Source: Deltaproteobacteria bacterium (GTDB lineage Bacteria > Myxococcota_A > Polyangia > Polyangiales > Houyiibacteriaceae). From it: a DNA stretch of 64,000 bases. This document shows, in pieces, positions 49,418-60,203 of the stretch. A model generated the notes under the pieces. The model saw only the letters and a list, made by a program, of their open reading frames with translations, had not been told where the DNA came from and did no database searches. Each line of letters begins with the position of its first letter. Position 1 is the stretch's first letter. The stretch is from assembly GCA_034670305.1 (NCBI GenBank), contig JAXMNT010000003.1, positions 32,001 to 96,000 of the forward strand. Reading direction: 5' to 3'. Made by a program: the position numbers and the translations under genes.

Positions 49418-51835
49418 GTGCCCGACCTCGATTCCCAGCCCCCGCCCCCGCCCGCCGCCCCACCCTCCCGTCGTCCGGCGTGGTTGGCGCTCGCAACCAT
49501 GGCGATCGTCGTCGCGGTGGGGAGTTGGACGGCCGCGACCATGCGGGTCGAGACCGAGATCACCGAGTTCCTCCCAGCCGAAGACGACCGCGAGCTGGCG
49601 CAACTGGTGGCGGCGGTCACCCAGTCGGATCTGACCCGCACCGTCACCCTCACGGTACAAGCCGAAGACCTGGCCACCGCCGCCCGCGCCGCCGCCACGC
49701 TCGGCGCGGAGCTCGAGGGCGCGTCCGAGGTCGCGTGGGTCCGCTGGGGTCCCGACGAAGATCTCGAGCGCGCGTTCTACGAAGCCTACTTCCCTCGCCG
49801 CCTCGGCCTCTTGGCCGACCGACCCGAGGACGTCGACCTGTCCGCGGAGGCGCTGCGAGTGCGGCTCGATCGGCTTCGAACCGAGCTCGGCGGTCCCACC
49901 GGCCCGTTCCTGCGCCGCATCGCGCCCGAGGATCCCTGGATGGTCTTCATCGACTACGTCGAGCGTTTGCGAACCGCGCTCGAGGGCGAACTCGAAGTGC
50001 GCGACGGCGCGTTCGTCAGCCAGCAAGGAGACGACGCGTTCGGCGTGGTGCTGCTCGCGTCGAACCACTCGCCTTTCGACGGGGCCGCCTCCCGCACGCT
50101 CCTGTCCGAGATCGACGCGGCGTTCGCAGCGACCGAAGCCGCCATCGACGCGCCGCTCACGCTCGAACGCGCGACGGTGCATCGCATCGCGGTGCAGAGC
50201 GAGAAGACGATCAAGGCCGACATTCAGCGCGTCTCGATCTTCGGTTCGCTCGCGGTGCTCCTCCTCTTGCTCGTGGTCTTCCGCGACCTGCGCACGCTCT
50301 TGCTCGCCGGGTTCCCGCTCTTTGGCGGCGTCGCGGCCGGCGCCACCGCCGTGCACGTCGGGTTCGGGTCGATCCACGGGCTCACGCTGGCGTTCGGGGC
50401 CACGCTGGTGGGCGTGGCGCTCGACTACGTCGCGCACCTGCTCAACCACCACTACCTCGCCCCGAATCCGGATGGCGCGGTCGGCACCGCGAGACACCTT
50501 CGGCCCGGGCTCTTGCTCGGCGCCGGCACGACGGTCGCGGGACTGATCGGGCTGGCGTGGACCTCGTTCCCCGGCATCCGGCAGATGGCGATCTTCACCT
50601 CGGTGGGCGTCGTCGTGGCCGTCCTGCTCACGCTCTACGTCCTGCCGCCGCTCCTGCCCGCCGCCAAGACGACCCCGCTCCACGCGCGCATCGGCCGCTG
50701 GTGCGCCGCCTTTTTGGAACGGGCCGCAGCCCATCGGGGCGTGCTCCTCGCCCTCCCATTGATCGCGATCGCGATTGCCATCAGCGGGAGCTTCCGCCTC
50801 GAATGGCAAGACGACATCCGCGCCCTGAACCCGACCGACCCCGCGCTGCTCGCGGAAGATGCACGGGTGCGCGGGCGGGTGGCCAACTTGGATCTCGGAC
50901 GCTTCCTCGTCGCCCGGGGCGACACCTTCGAAGAAGCGCTCGAGCGCAACGACGCGCTCCACGATCTGCTCAGTGAAGAAGTGCGCGCCGGACGGCTCGA
51001 GCGGTTCCGATCCCTGCACGCTCTGTTGCCCTCGGTGGCCCGCCAGCGCGCGGTGCGCGGCGCCATCGACGAGGGTGCGTGGGCCCGGACCGAGACCGTG
51101 CTCGGCCAAGCGGGGTTCGTGCCGACGATGTTCGAACCGTTCCGGGCGACGCTCCAAGCCGAGTTCGAACCGCTCCGCTGGGAGGACTTGCAAGACGGCC
51201 CGCTCGCGCGGCTCGCGTCGATGCATCGAGTGCCGCTCGAAGACGGCGTCGCCGTGCTCACCTTCCTGCGCGGCGCCGACGACGCCGACGCACTCGCGGA
51301 ACGCGCCGAGTCGATCGACGGTGTGCGCTCCGTCGACCAGGGCGCGTTGATGCAGCGGGCCTACAAAGGCTTTCGGACGCGCACCCTCGAGCTGATGGTG
51401 GTCGGCCTGTTCATCGTGTTGCTGATCGTGCTCCTCCGATACCGCCGCCTCCGACCTGCCCTCGCCGCCTACCTCCCCGCCCTCTGCGCCGCCGGCGCGA
51501 CGCTCGGGTTGCTCGGATGGTTCGGCATCCCCGCGAACCTCTTACATGTCGTGACCCTGCTGCTCGTCCTGAGCATGGGCGTCGACTACGGCGTGTTCAT
51601 GGTCGAGTCCGACCGTGGCCGCACGGATGGTGCGGCCGGCGAGGAGGGCGCGATCGGCGACGGCCCCGCCACCGTGGTGAGCCTGCTGATGGCCTGCCTC
51701 TCCACGGTCGCAAGCTTCGGCATCCTGGCCATGAGCGAGAGCGGCGCGCTCCAGGCCCTGGGGCTCACCGCCGCCATCGGCGTCGCCCTCTCGTTGATCC
51801 TCGCCCCGGCGGCCTGGCTGATCTTGCGGCGCTGA
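49418..51835 (+). CDS. MMPL/RND-type lipid exporter
   Basis: Two TM clusters with GVALDY and GVDYG motifs separated by large loops; [11 protein letters not shown] start at 49418 inferred (upstream in-frame part is repeat). Confidence 0.87.
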   Translation: MPDLDSQPPPPPAAPPSRRPAWLALATMAIVVAVGSWTAATMRVETEITEFLPAEDDRELAQLVAAVTQSDLTRTVTLTVQAEDLATAARAAATLGAELEGASEVAWVRWGPDEDLERAFYEAYFPRRLGLLADRPEDVDLSAEALRVRLDRLRTELGGPTGPFLRRIAPEDPWMVFIDYVERLRTALEGELEVRDGAFVSQQGDDAFGVVLLASNHSPFDGAASRTLLSEIDAAFAATEAAIDAPLTLERATVHRIAVQSEKTIKADIQRVSIFGSLAVLLLLLVVFRDLRTLLLAGFPLFGGVAAGATAVHVGFGSIHGLTLAFGATLVGVALDYVAHLLNHHYLAPNPDGAVGTARHLRPGLLLGAGTTVAGLIGLAWTSFPGIRQMAIFTSVGVVVAVLLTLYVLPPLLPAAKTTPLHARIGRWCAAFLERAAAHRGVLLALPLIAIAIAISGSFRLEWQDDIRALNPTDPALLAEDARVRGRVANLDLGRFLVARGDTFEEALERNDALHDLLSEEVRAGRLERFRSLHALLPSVARQRAVRGAIDEGAWARTETVLGQAGFVPTMFEPFRATLQAEFEPLRWEDLQDGPLARLASMHRVPLEDGVAVLTFLRGADDADALAERAESIDGVRSVDQGALMQRAYKGFRTRTLELMVVGLFIVLLIVLLRYRRLRPALAAYLPALCAAGATLGLLGWFGIPANLLHVVTLLLVLSMGVDYGVFMVESDRGRTDGAAGEEGAIGDGPATVVSLLMACLSTVASFGILAMSESGALQALGLTAAIGVALSLILAPAAWLILRR

Positions 51836-51854
51836 ACACGCGGGATCAGCCGCC

Positions 51855-52308
<454 letters not shown>

Positions 52309-52327
52309 CCAGCCCGTTCAGCACACC

Positions 52328-54487
52328 TCAGCGCTGCTCCGACCTCCAGGCCAGCGTGGCGCAGGCTTGGGCGCCGGCGAGGTCGAGGTGGGCGCGGGTT
52401 CGAACTTCGCGCTGCATGTCGCGCGGCAGGAGCGCTTCGAACTTGCTCACCGCGAGGCGCGGCGTAGCTTCGGCGAGTTCGGCCTGGATGATGGGGTCCT
52501 TGGTCCAGTCCTTGTGCGCGAGCACGGTGAGCGCAGTCCGCAGCTGATCGGTGGCGCCCGCTCCGCGCGCACGGACTTGGACCTGGTTGCCTTCGATCGT
52601 GCCTCCGACCCAGCGGGGAAGCATGAGGCGGAGGGTGCGGTTGATGCGATCGCCGGCGAACGTGAACCACTGAAATGCCCCCCGACCCGCTTCGGTCCGG
52701 ATCCAGCGGCGACCCACCACGTCGCGGTGCGCTCGCCGCAGCGCGTGCCAGGTGGACGCGGCCCCGTCGTCCGCGCCCTCCGGAACCTGGTCGACTTGGA
52801 GCAGCCGCCGCATCCGGCGGCACACTTCCAAGCCGAGCGGTCGGCCGCCGCGGCCCCACTTTGGTTGCTCGCCCTGCGTGGCGGGTTCGACGTGTACGGC
52901 TCGGGCGCGGTGGTCGATCGCGCAGAGGGTCCAGGAGAGCCCACCGAGCAAGAAGACCGCGCCCACCGGGAGGTGCTCGGCGTAGCGGGGGTCAAGGGTG
53001 CCGACGTCCTCGCTCGAGCTCATGACCCGGTACTCGACCGGGGCACGGAACACGGTGAAGAGCGGGCTGAATCCGCGGGTGCCGAACCGCTCCTGGGCCC
53101 TGGGACCGAGCGCGAGGGACTCGGTCGGATGGGGTGCCGAGTCGGCTGGATCGATGCTCGTCGCCAACCACCCTTCGCTGGTCAGGTGCCCGACCAGCTC
53201 CCAGAGTTCGTGCGCCAAGACGCCGCGGAAGTCTGGCAGTTCGCGAAGCGCCTGGGCGTGTTCGAGGCGCGAACCGGGCCGGGTGTGCGCCATGACGAGC
53301 AGCCGCTGCACCAACATGCAGAAGTTGCGATCGTCCAAGGCCGCAGGCTCGACCCAACCTTGGCGCGCGAGATCCGCGAGTGCGAGCCCGCGCATCAAGG
53401 GCCACGGCCCACGCGCGAGAAACGCGAGTCGACGCGCCGACCCTTCGCTGCGGCCGCTGCGCCCGAGCCGCTGCAGATAGCTGCGCACGGTCGACGGTGC
53501 GTCGAGCTGGAGCACCAGGTCGAGGTCACCGACGTCCACCCCGAGTTCGAGGGTGGAGGTGCAGACCACAGTGGTCTGACGCGCCGCTCGGAAGGCGTCT
53601 TCCGAATGCTGTCGCCAGTGACGTGAAAGCGAGCCGTGGTGCACGTGCACGTCGCGCGCCTCGTCCTCCGCGACCGCTTGCGCGAGGTCTTCCGTCGCGC
53701 CTCGGCTCTCGCAGAAGAACAACGTCTTGCAGCCGTCGGCCAGCTCCCGCGCGCGCGTCGCGACCTCTCTCGCTTCTGAGCCGGGATGGTGGAACGTGAC
53801 CACGGGGCGCCTGTGCACCGATCGTTGCACCACGCAACGCGGGCGGTCGGATGCACCCGAGATCCAATCGAGCACCTCCTCCGGGTTTCCGAGGGTGGCG
53901 CTCAGACCAATGCGTTGTACGTCTCGGCCGCTGCGGGCCGCCAGCCCCGCCACGATGCTGTGGACCTGGGTGCCGCGGTCGTCGCCGGCCAGCACGTGCA
54001 GCTCGTCGACCACCACCGTGTGCAGCGCGTCGAAGAGGGCGGGCCGGAACGCCGCGAGCCGTTCGAACGACTCGGGCGTCGTGAGCAGGAGCGAAGGCGG
54101 CGTGTGGAGAATGCGCGTGCGGGTCCGCTTTTCGACGTCGCCGTGCCAGAGCCCGGCCCGGCTGCCGATCCACTCGGCGTACTGCGACCACCGCCGAAGC
54201 TGATCGTTGAGCAACGCACGGGTTGGCGCGATGCCCACCACCCGAACCGCGGCCCGCTCAGGTCGTGCCAACGCGCCGAGGATCGGGAGGAGCGCGGCTT
54301 CGGTCTTGCCGCCGCCGGTGGGCGCGACCACGAGCGTATTGCAGCCGCCTTGGATCGCGCGCACCGCTTCGGCTTGAAACGGCCGCAGCGCTTGCCATCC
54401 GTTGGCCTGGAGCGCGGCGACCAGCGCGTCGGGCAGTCCAGCGAAGTTGGGATCAGCGAGGTGGGTGCGAGAACGGGCAAGCGTCAT
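52328..54487 (-). CDS. Lhr-like DEAD/H helicase (BrxHI / Shango SngC-like)
   Basis: [68 protein letters not shown]. Confidence 0.88.
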   Translation of the reverse strand: MTLARSRTHLADPNFAGLPDALVAALQANGWQALRPFQAEAVRAIQGGCNTLVVAPTGGGKTEAALLPILGALARPERAAVRVVGIAPTRALLNDQLRRWSQYAEWIGSRAGLWHGDVEKRTRTRILHTPPSLLLTTPESFERLAAFRPALFDALHTVVVDELHVLAGDDRGTQVHSIVAGLAARSGRDVQRIGLSATLGNPEEVLDWISGASDRPRCVVQRSVHRRPVVTFHHPGSEAREVATRARELADGCKTLFFCESRGATEDLAQAVAEDEARDVHVHHGSLSRHWRQHSEDAFRAARQTTVVCTSTLELGVDVGDLDLVLQLDAPSTVRSYLQRLGRSGRSEGSARRLAFLARGPWPLMRGLALADLARQGWVEPAALDDRNFCMLVQRLLVMAHTRPGSRLEHAQALRELPDFRGVLAHELWELVGHLTSEGWLATSIDPADSAPHPTESLALGPRAQERFGTRGFSPLFTVFRAPVEYRVMSSSEDVGTLDPRYAEHLPVGAVFLLGGLSWTLCAIDHRARAVHVEPATQGEQPKWGRGGRPLGLEVCRRMRRLLQVDQVPEGADDGAASTWHALRRAHRDVVGRRWIRTEAGRGAFQWFTFAGDRINRTLRLMLPRWVGGTIEGNQVQVRARGAGATDQLRTALTVLAHKDWTKDPIIQAELAEATPRLAVSKFEALLPRDMQREVRTRAHLDLAGAQACATLAWRSEQR

Positions 54488-54541
54488 GGGCGCTCTTCGG
54501 ATGTGAGCGCCCAGGGTTGCGCCCGTCGGTCAAAGCCCCGG

Positions 54542-55357
54542 TCAGTCGAGCGTGTAGCCGATGGTCAGGGCCGAGGTCATGCCATGGTCTTGGCCCTCGG
54601 GTTCGAAGTAGAAGCCGAGGGACAGGAAGGCGCCGCGGCCACCCATGTACAGACCGAGCGCACCGCCGAATGCCAGCGCCGCCCGGAGGTCTCCGGCGCG
54701 GTGTGCGAGGGACGCGCCAACCGAGAGGTCGATGAACAGCCGGGGCGACGCGAGTTTCAACGTGGCCAGGTGGCGGTGCGTGAAGCGGTCGCCGAGCTTG
54801 CCTCGCCCGTAGGAGAAGACGAGTTCGTAGCCGAGGTACACCTGAACTGGCATGGCGCTCTCGGCCCGGGTGAGGCGGACGCCCGCGAAGGCGTCGAGCC
54901 CGGGTCCGACGAACCAGTCCGCGGAGGACTGGGCGGAGCGGTATCCGTCGTCTTCGCAGTCGTCGTTCGTGAGGCGTTCCCTGAGGTTGCACGGGACCTC
55001 GCCGAGATACTCCGACTCGCCGGATGCAGCCCCCACGAGGCCGAGGTGAAATGCGAAGCGGTTCGTGCGCTCCCGGACCCGCTGGAGGCGGAGTCGGGCG
55101 TTGCCGGAGAGGCGCTGGGTCGAATGCAGGGTCGAGGCAGAGGTCGGGAACGCCGCTCCCACGGGACGTGCGCTTGGGTGCAGCGGCGGCATCGGGATCG
55201 GCCGTGGCTGCGACGACCCCTGACCGAGGTTGTCGATCATCGACCGCGCCCCGTGGCGCAGGAGGACCGAGGTGGCGCTCTGCGCCTGGGTCCGGGTGGT
55301 GAAGAGAGAGCCGCCCGCGAGGAGGAGGGCGACGGCGAGGGAGAGTCGGTTGCACAT
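54542..55357 (-). CDS. hypothetical secreted protein, possible beta-barrel
   Basis: GAGGAGG RBS, signal peptide MCNRLSLAVALLLAGG...AQ, amphipathic strands ending LTIGYTLD. Confidence 0.6.
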   Translation of the reverse strand: MCNRLSLAVALLLAGGSLFTTRTQAQSATSVLLRHGARSMIDNLGQGSSQPRPIPMPPLHPSARPVGAAFPTSASTLHSTQRLSGNARLRLQRVRERTNRFAFHLGLVGAASGESEYLGEVPCNLRERLTNDDCEDDGYRSAQSSADWFVGPGLDAFAGVRLTRAESAMPVQVYLGYELVFSYGRGKLGDRFTHRHLATLKLASPRLFIDLSVGASLAHRAGDLRAALAFGGALGLYMGGRGAFLSLGFYFEPEGQDHGMTSALTIGYTLD

Positions 55358-55414
55358 GCGCACCTCCTCGACCCCTCGGCAACGGAGTTGTTTCCCGGCT
55401 GGTAGCCTTCGCCC

Positions 55415-56629
55415 ATGACGGTGTTCATTCTGGGCAGTTCGCAGACCGACTTCTCTCGCCGCTGGGCGCGCGAGGGCACGCATCAGAGCGAGGCGATGCG
55501 GGAGGTGGTGTTCGGCGCACTGAGCGATGCGTCCGTCGATGCCGCGGACATCGACGCCACCCACATCGGCAACTTCGTCGGCGCGTCGATGACTGGGCAA
55601 GCGCATCTCGGCGGGTTCATGGGCAGCCTGGATCCCGCGTTCCGGGGCAAGGCCGCGGCGCGACACGAAGCGGCGTGTGCGTCGGGGAGCATCGCGGTCA
55701 TGGCAGCGCTCGCGGAGCTCGAAGCCGGGTTCCACGAGGTCGCCTGCGTGGTCGGCATCGAAGAGATGCGGAGCGTGCCGGGCGACGTCGCGGCCGATCA
55801 CCTCGCCGCTGCGGCCTGGCGCGGCAAAGAAGCGACCGACGCGCGCTTCGCGTGGCCGTACCTCTTCGATCAGCTGACCGAAGAAGTACAGCGGCGGTTC
55901 GGGGTGGACGACGCGCACCTACGCGCGTTCGCGAAGATGGCCTACCGCAACGCGCGCACGAACCCGTTCGCCCAGACCCGCACCTGGACGACCGAGGACG
56001 GACACTTCTCGAACGACGACGCGCTCAACCCGCGCATCGAAGGCCGCGTGCGCCGGTACGACTGCGGACAGATCACCGACGGAGCGGCGTGTGTGATCCT
56101 CGCGTCCGAGCGGTACGCACGGGCCTGGGCTTCGAAACGTGGGCTTGATCTGGACGCGGTGCCGCGCGTGCTCGGGTGGGGTCACCGCGCGGGTCCCATG
56201 ACGCTCGCAGAGAAGTTCGAGGGCGAAGGCCCGTGGCTCTTTCCGCACGTGCGCGAGGCGGCGCTCGACGCGCGGCGGCGTGCAGCGACCGATCTTCAAG
56301 ACATCGATGCGATCGAGCTGCACGACTGCTTCTCGATCACCGGATACACGTTGCTCGAACACCTCGACGTGACGGAGCCCGGACGCGGGTTCGAGGCGAT
56401 CGAAGACGGCCGCCTCGAGCGCGACGGTGCGATGCCGGTGAACCCGAGTGGCGGACTGATCGGACTCGGACATCCAGTGGGCGCGACCGGCGTGCGCATG
56501 GTGGCGGACGCGGGCCGCCAAGTGCGCGGAAGCGCGGAGGGAACCCAGGTGGATGGTGCGCGCCGGGTGCAGACGCTCAACATCGGAGGGAGCGCGACCA
56601 CCGCGGTCAGCTTCGTCGTGGGCCTCTGA
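55415..56629 (+). CDS. thiolase, SCP2-thiolase type
   Basis: EAACASG catalytic Cys, HDCF motif, NPSGG, GHPVGATG, NIGG. Confidence 0.9.
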   Translation: MTVFILGSSQTDFSRRWAREGTHQSEAMREVVFGALSDASVDAADIDATHIGNFVGASMTGQAHLGGFMGSLDPAFRGKAAARHEAACASGSIAVMAALAELEAGFHEVACVVGIEEMRSVPGDVAADHLAAAAWRGKEATDARFAWPYLFDQLTEEVQRRFGVDDAHLRAFAKMAYRNARTNPFAQTRTWTTEDGHFSNDDALNPRIEGRVRRYDCGQITDGAACVILASERYARAWASKRGLDLDAVPRVLGWGHRAGPMTLAEKFEGEGPWLFPHVREAALDARRRAATDLQDIDAIELHDCFSITGYTLLEHLDVTEPGRGFEAIEDGRLERDGAMPVNPSGGLIGLGHPVGATGVRMVADAGRQVRGSAEGTQVDGARRVQTLNIGGSATTAVSFVVGL

Positions 56630-56702
56630 CCGCGATCCGCCGGAACGTGATGCACATCGAAATGAGCTGACAAGTTCGCCGGGAGCCTGGCAGTCTAGAG
56701 AG

Positions 56703-57269
56703 GTGAGCAGCACCCTCGCTCCGGGCATCTTGGTCGCGTCCCCGACCCTCCGGTGTCCCTTCTTCCATCACACGGTGGTGCTGTTGGTGGACGACGACGA
56801 CGAGGGATCGTTCGGGTTCGTGGTGAACAAGCAGAGCCCCATCGACTTCGACGACGTCGCGGAAGAACTCGAACTCAAGATGCCGACCGGCACCGAAGGC
56901 ATCGTGCCGGTGCTGCATGGCGGGCCCGTGTCCCCCGACACCGGCTGGATCGTGTTCGACCCGCGGGGCGCCAAGCGCCTGCCCGACGACGTCATCCTGC
57001 TCTCGGACGAGCTCGCGATCAGCGCCTCGCTGAGCATGCTCCAAGACATCGCCTCCGGCCGCGCGCCTTCGCGCGCGATGCTCAGCCTCGGCTACTCCGG
57101 CTGGAGCCCCGGACAGCTCGAAGAAGAGATGAGCGACGGCTCCTGGATCCCGATCGACCTCGACACCGAGATCCTTTTCGAACTCCCCCTCGCCTCCCGC
57201 TGGGACCGCGCCGTTCGGTCGCTCGGCTTCGACCCCGGCATGCTCACCGGCTTCGTCGCCCAAGCCTAA
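56703..57269 (+). CDS. YqgE/AlgH family protein
   Basis: LVASPTL..PFF..TVVLL, GGPV, GYSGWSPGQLEEE...SW. Confidence 0.9.
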   Translation: MSSTLAPGILVASPTLRCPFFHHTVVLLVDDDDEGSFGFVVNKQSPIDFDDVAEELELKMPTGTEGIVPVLHGGPVSPDTGWIVFDPRGAKRLPDDVILLSDELAISASLSMLQDIASGRAPSRAMLSLGYSGWSPGQLEEEMSDGSWIPIDLDTEILFELPLASRWDRAVRSLGFDPGMLTGFVAQA

Positions 57270-57307
57270 AACGCCGGGCGTCGGACGTCCGGCGGTAGAA
57301 GGCACGC

Positions 57308-57604
57308 CCGCATCGGATTCGGCGTCGGCTTCGGTATCGGCGTCGGGTTCGGCGTCGGCTTCGGGATCGGATTCGGCATCGCTTCGGCTTCGGCTTCGGC
57401 TTCGGCTTCGGCTTCGGATTCGGATTCGGCTTCGGATTCGGCTTCTGCGTCGGATTCGGGCGGGAACCAACCCCATAGCTGAGCCGACGCCGACGCCTGC
57501 ACTCAAGGGCAAGGGCAGGGGCAAGGGCAAGGGCAAGGACGCATGCCGGCATCAGCTTCGGCTTCAGCTTCGGCTTCGGCTTCGGGTTCAGCTCCGGCTT
57601 CGGC
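57308..57604. repeat. composite intergenic hexamer array A4
   Basis: About 25 CGGNNT units (one 5-nt unit near 57380), spacer, AAGGGC-type x5-6 (57505-57540), GCATGC, then about 9 CGGCTT/CAGCTT units. Confidence 0.92.
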
Positions 57605-57708
57605 GGGTCCGCATGCGTCCGATGCAGTTGCTGCTAGACCTGCGGCCGTGACGTTGCACGGAACGATGGGTGCGCCGAACCGGCCGCGTGCATGGGGTGC
57701 AGACAGGG

Positions 57709-58518
57709 ATGGCTGAGCCCACCACGACTGAAGGCGCATTGCAGCCACAAGGCTCTCCCTGGCGCGCGCGTTTCCGGCTGCTCCGGTTCCTCTGCGCGCT
57801 GACCTGGCACGCGCTGCGCTACGAAGTCGTCCGCTGGTTCACGTCCACGAAGGACCGGCCGATGCACGTGCACCGGACGCGGCTGCGGATCGCGGAGAGC
57901 TTGCTCCACTCGCTCGGTGTGAAGCGTTCCATCCATGGGCCGCGACCGGCGTATCCGCACGACTCCAGCTGCGGGCGGCTGCTGGTCGCGAACCACCGGT
58001 GCGGCGTGGACATCGGCGTGCTGCTCGCGGAGAGCGGCGGGATCTTTCTGAGCCGCGCGGATCTGGGACAATGGCCGATTGTTGGTCGGCTCTCGAAACA
58101 AGCCGACACCATCTTCGTGGACCGCGACAGCCAGCACAGCGGCGCCGCCGCCATCCGCGAGCTTCGGCGGCGGCTCAAGGCGGGGCAGACGGTGATCGTT
58201 TTCCCGGAAGGCACCACCCACCGCGGCGACGAGGTGCAGACGTTTCGGGCCGGGGCATTCGCGGCGGCGCGCGGACTCGACGTCGAGGTGGTGCCGGTCG
58301 GTCTCGCGTACCCGCCGGGGGTCGAGTACATCGACATGAGCTTTCTGACCCATGTGAAGATCGTCGCCGCGCGCAAACGAACGCCGGTCGCGGTCGAGTT
58401 CGGCGAACCGCTGCCGACCGGGCTCAAGACAGCGCAATTGGCCGAAGCGTGCCAGACTCGCGTGCAGACGCTGGTCTCGCAGGCGAGGCGGCGGCTCGAA
58501 TCCGATGCGTCGATCTGA
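57709..58518 (+). CDS. lysophospholipid acyltransferase (PlsC family)
   Basis: NHxxxxD (NHRCGVD), FVDR, FPEGT. Confidence 0.88.
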   Translation: MAEPTTTEGALQPQGSPWRARFRLLRFLCALTWHALRYEVVRWFTSTKDRPMHVHRTRLRIAESLLHSLGVKRSIHGPRPAYPHDSSCGRLLVANHRCGVDIGVLLAESGGIFLSRADLGQWPIVGRLSKQADTIFVDRDSQHSGAAAIRELRRRLKAGQTVIVFPEGTTHRGDEVQTFRAGAFAAARGLDVEVVPVGLAYPPGVEYIDMSFLTHVKIVAARKRTPVAVEFGEPLPTGLKTAQLAEACQTRVQTLVSQARRRLESDASI

Positions 58519-58611
58519 AGCGTCGGAAATTGATCAAGCATTTCGGGGGGTCACGGGTCGAATGCCGACCGTTGTGATGAATAGACCTCCCCCATCGGAG
58601 TCCAAACCGAC

Positions 58612-60084
58612 ATGATGTTCCGAACCCTATTGGCGTGCGCGCTGCTCTCGAGCGGCTGCATCATCGAAGCCCGCGGAACCGTCCGATCGGCGCACCACGT
58701 GCAGGCCAACGCCTACGCCGCGCCGAGCTACGTGACCGTGAACCAACCGCCTCCGCCGCTTCACGCGGAGGTGAACCAAGGGAACAAACCGAGCTCGGAT
58801 TCGCAGTGGATCTCGGGGCACTGGGTGCTCGTGGCCGGCCAGTGGCAGTGGCAAGAAGGCCGCTGGGTGGTTGCCGAGGCCGGCTTCGATTGGGAGCCGC
58901 CCGTGTGCGTCGCCGTGCAAGGCGGCGGCTACCAGTACCACCCCGGGTACTGGCGACCGTCCAACGAGGCGCCCCCGCCCATCTACCGGGCCGACGGAAC
59001 CATCCGAGTCCACGTGCAGCCGCGCGACGTCTACGTGACCGTCAACCGAGTCCCGCCCTCGCAGGTCCAGGCCACCACCGTCGTGGTCACCGGGGGACAA
59101 CAGACCGGCGGCAGCGGCACGGTCACCACCCGTCCCGTGCAGCCCGGCACCGTGGTCGTGCGACCGACCACCACGGTGACGGCCACCACCACGACCCGAC
59201 CGGCGACCACCGGAACGGCGACCGTCACCACCGGCACCCGCCCGGGTACGACGACCGTCACGACCGGCACCCGTCCGGGTACGACGACCGTCACGACCGG
59301 CACCCGTCCGGGTACGACCACCGTGACGACCGGCACCCGACCGGGAACGACCACCGTCACGACCGGCACCGCCACGGGCACCCGCCCTGGCACCGTGCAG
59401 ACGGGGACCACCGCGACCGCGCGGCCTGGCACGACGACGACCGTCACCACGCGACCCACCACCACGGCGCGACCGGCAACGACGACGACGACCAACGCCC
59501 GGCCCACCACCGCCGTGCGACCTGGCACCACGACCACCACCACCGTGCGTCCGACCACGACCGCGCGACCGGGCACGACGACGACGACCAGGGTGCGTCC
59601 GACCACCCGCCCGGCCACCACGACGACCACCGCGGTTCGTCCGACCACTCAGGCGCGTCCCGGCACCACCACGACGACCACCGTGCGTCCGACCACGACC
59701 GTGCGTCCGGGCACCGTCGCGCCGGGCACTGTCCGCCCGGGCAACCCCACCGGACCGGGACAGCGGCCGACGACGATCACGCCCGGCACCAACACGACCG
59801 TGACCGCGCCGGGCACGACCGTGAACGCGCAGAACAACCCGAACGTCAACGGACAGGTCACGTGCGCGCCGCAGGTGACGTCGGTGCCGCGCGGCGGTCA
59901 GGTGATCCTGCGCGGAACCAACCTGAGCCTCGCGACCGCCGTCACCGTCGGTGGGCAAGCCGCGCCGATCGTTCGACGGACCGCGACCGAAATTCGAGCC
60001 CGCGTGTCCGCGAGTGGCGCCGTCCGACTCCGCGTCGGCAACCGAAACGTGTCCTGCGGCAACATCTCGCTCGCCGGCCGCTGA
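58612..60084 (+). CDS. YXWGXW-repeat lipoprotein with Thr-rich stalk and C-terminal IPT/TIG-like domain
   Basis: Lipobox SSGC; WISGHW..WQWQEGRW..YHPGYW; TTGTRPGTTTV repeats; GGQVILRGTNL..VTVGG. Confidence 0.8.
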   Translation: MMFRTLLACALLSSGCIIEARGTVRSAHHVQANAYAAPSYVTVNQPPPPLHAEVNQGNKPSSDSQWISGHWVLVAGQWQWQEGRWVVAEAGFDWEPPVCVAVQGGGYQYHPGYWRPSNEAPPPIYRADGTIRVHVQPRDVYVTVNRVPPSQVQATTVVVTGGQQTGGSGTVTTRPVQPGTVVVRPTTTVTATTTTRPATTGTATVTTGTRPGTTTVTTGTRPGTTTVTTGTRPGTTTVTTGTRPGTTTVTTGTATGTRPGTVQTGTTATARPGTTTTVTTRPTTTARPATTTTTNARPTTAVRPGTTTTTTVRPTTTARPGTTTTTRVRPTTRPATTTTTAVRPTTQARPGTTTTTTVRPTTTVRPGTVAPGTVRPGNPTGPGQRPTTITPGTNTTVTAPGTTVNAQNNPNVNGQVTCAPQVTSVPRGGQVILRGTNLSLATAVTVGGQAAPIVRRTATEIRARVSASGAVRLRVGNRNVSCGNISLAGR

Positions 60085-60112
60085 CCTCAGCGACGCCGAA
60101 CCCGAACGCGAG

Positions 60113-60142
60113 AGGGCTCCGACCATGGTCGGGGCCCTTTTT
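60113..60142 (+). terminator. intrinsic terminator
   Basis: AGGGCTCCGAC(C)-loop-(G)GTCGGGGCCCT hairpin followed by a T tract. Confidence 0.8.
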
Positions 60143-60203
60143 CGTTTTCCCATGCATGACCGCGCCAGTTGGGACCGGCTCGGAAATTCGATAGGCTGAT
60201 CCG

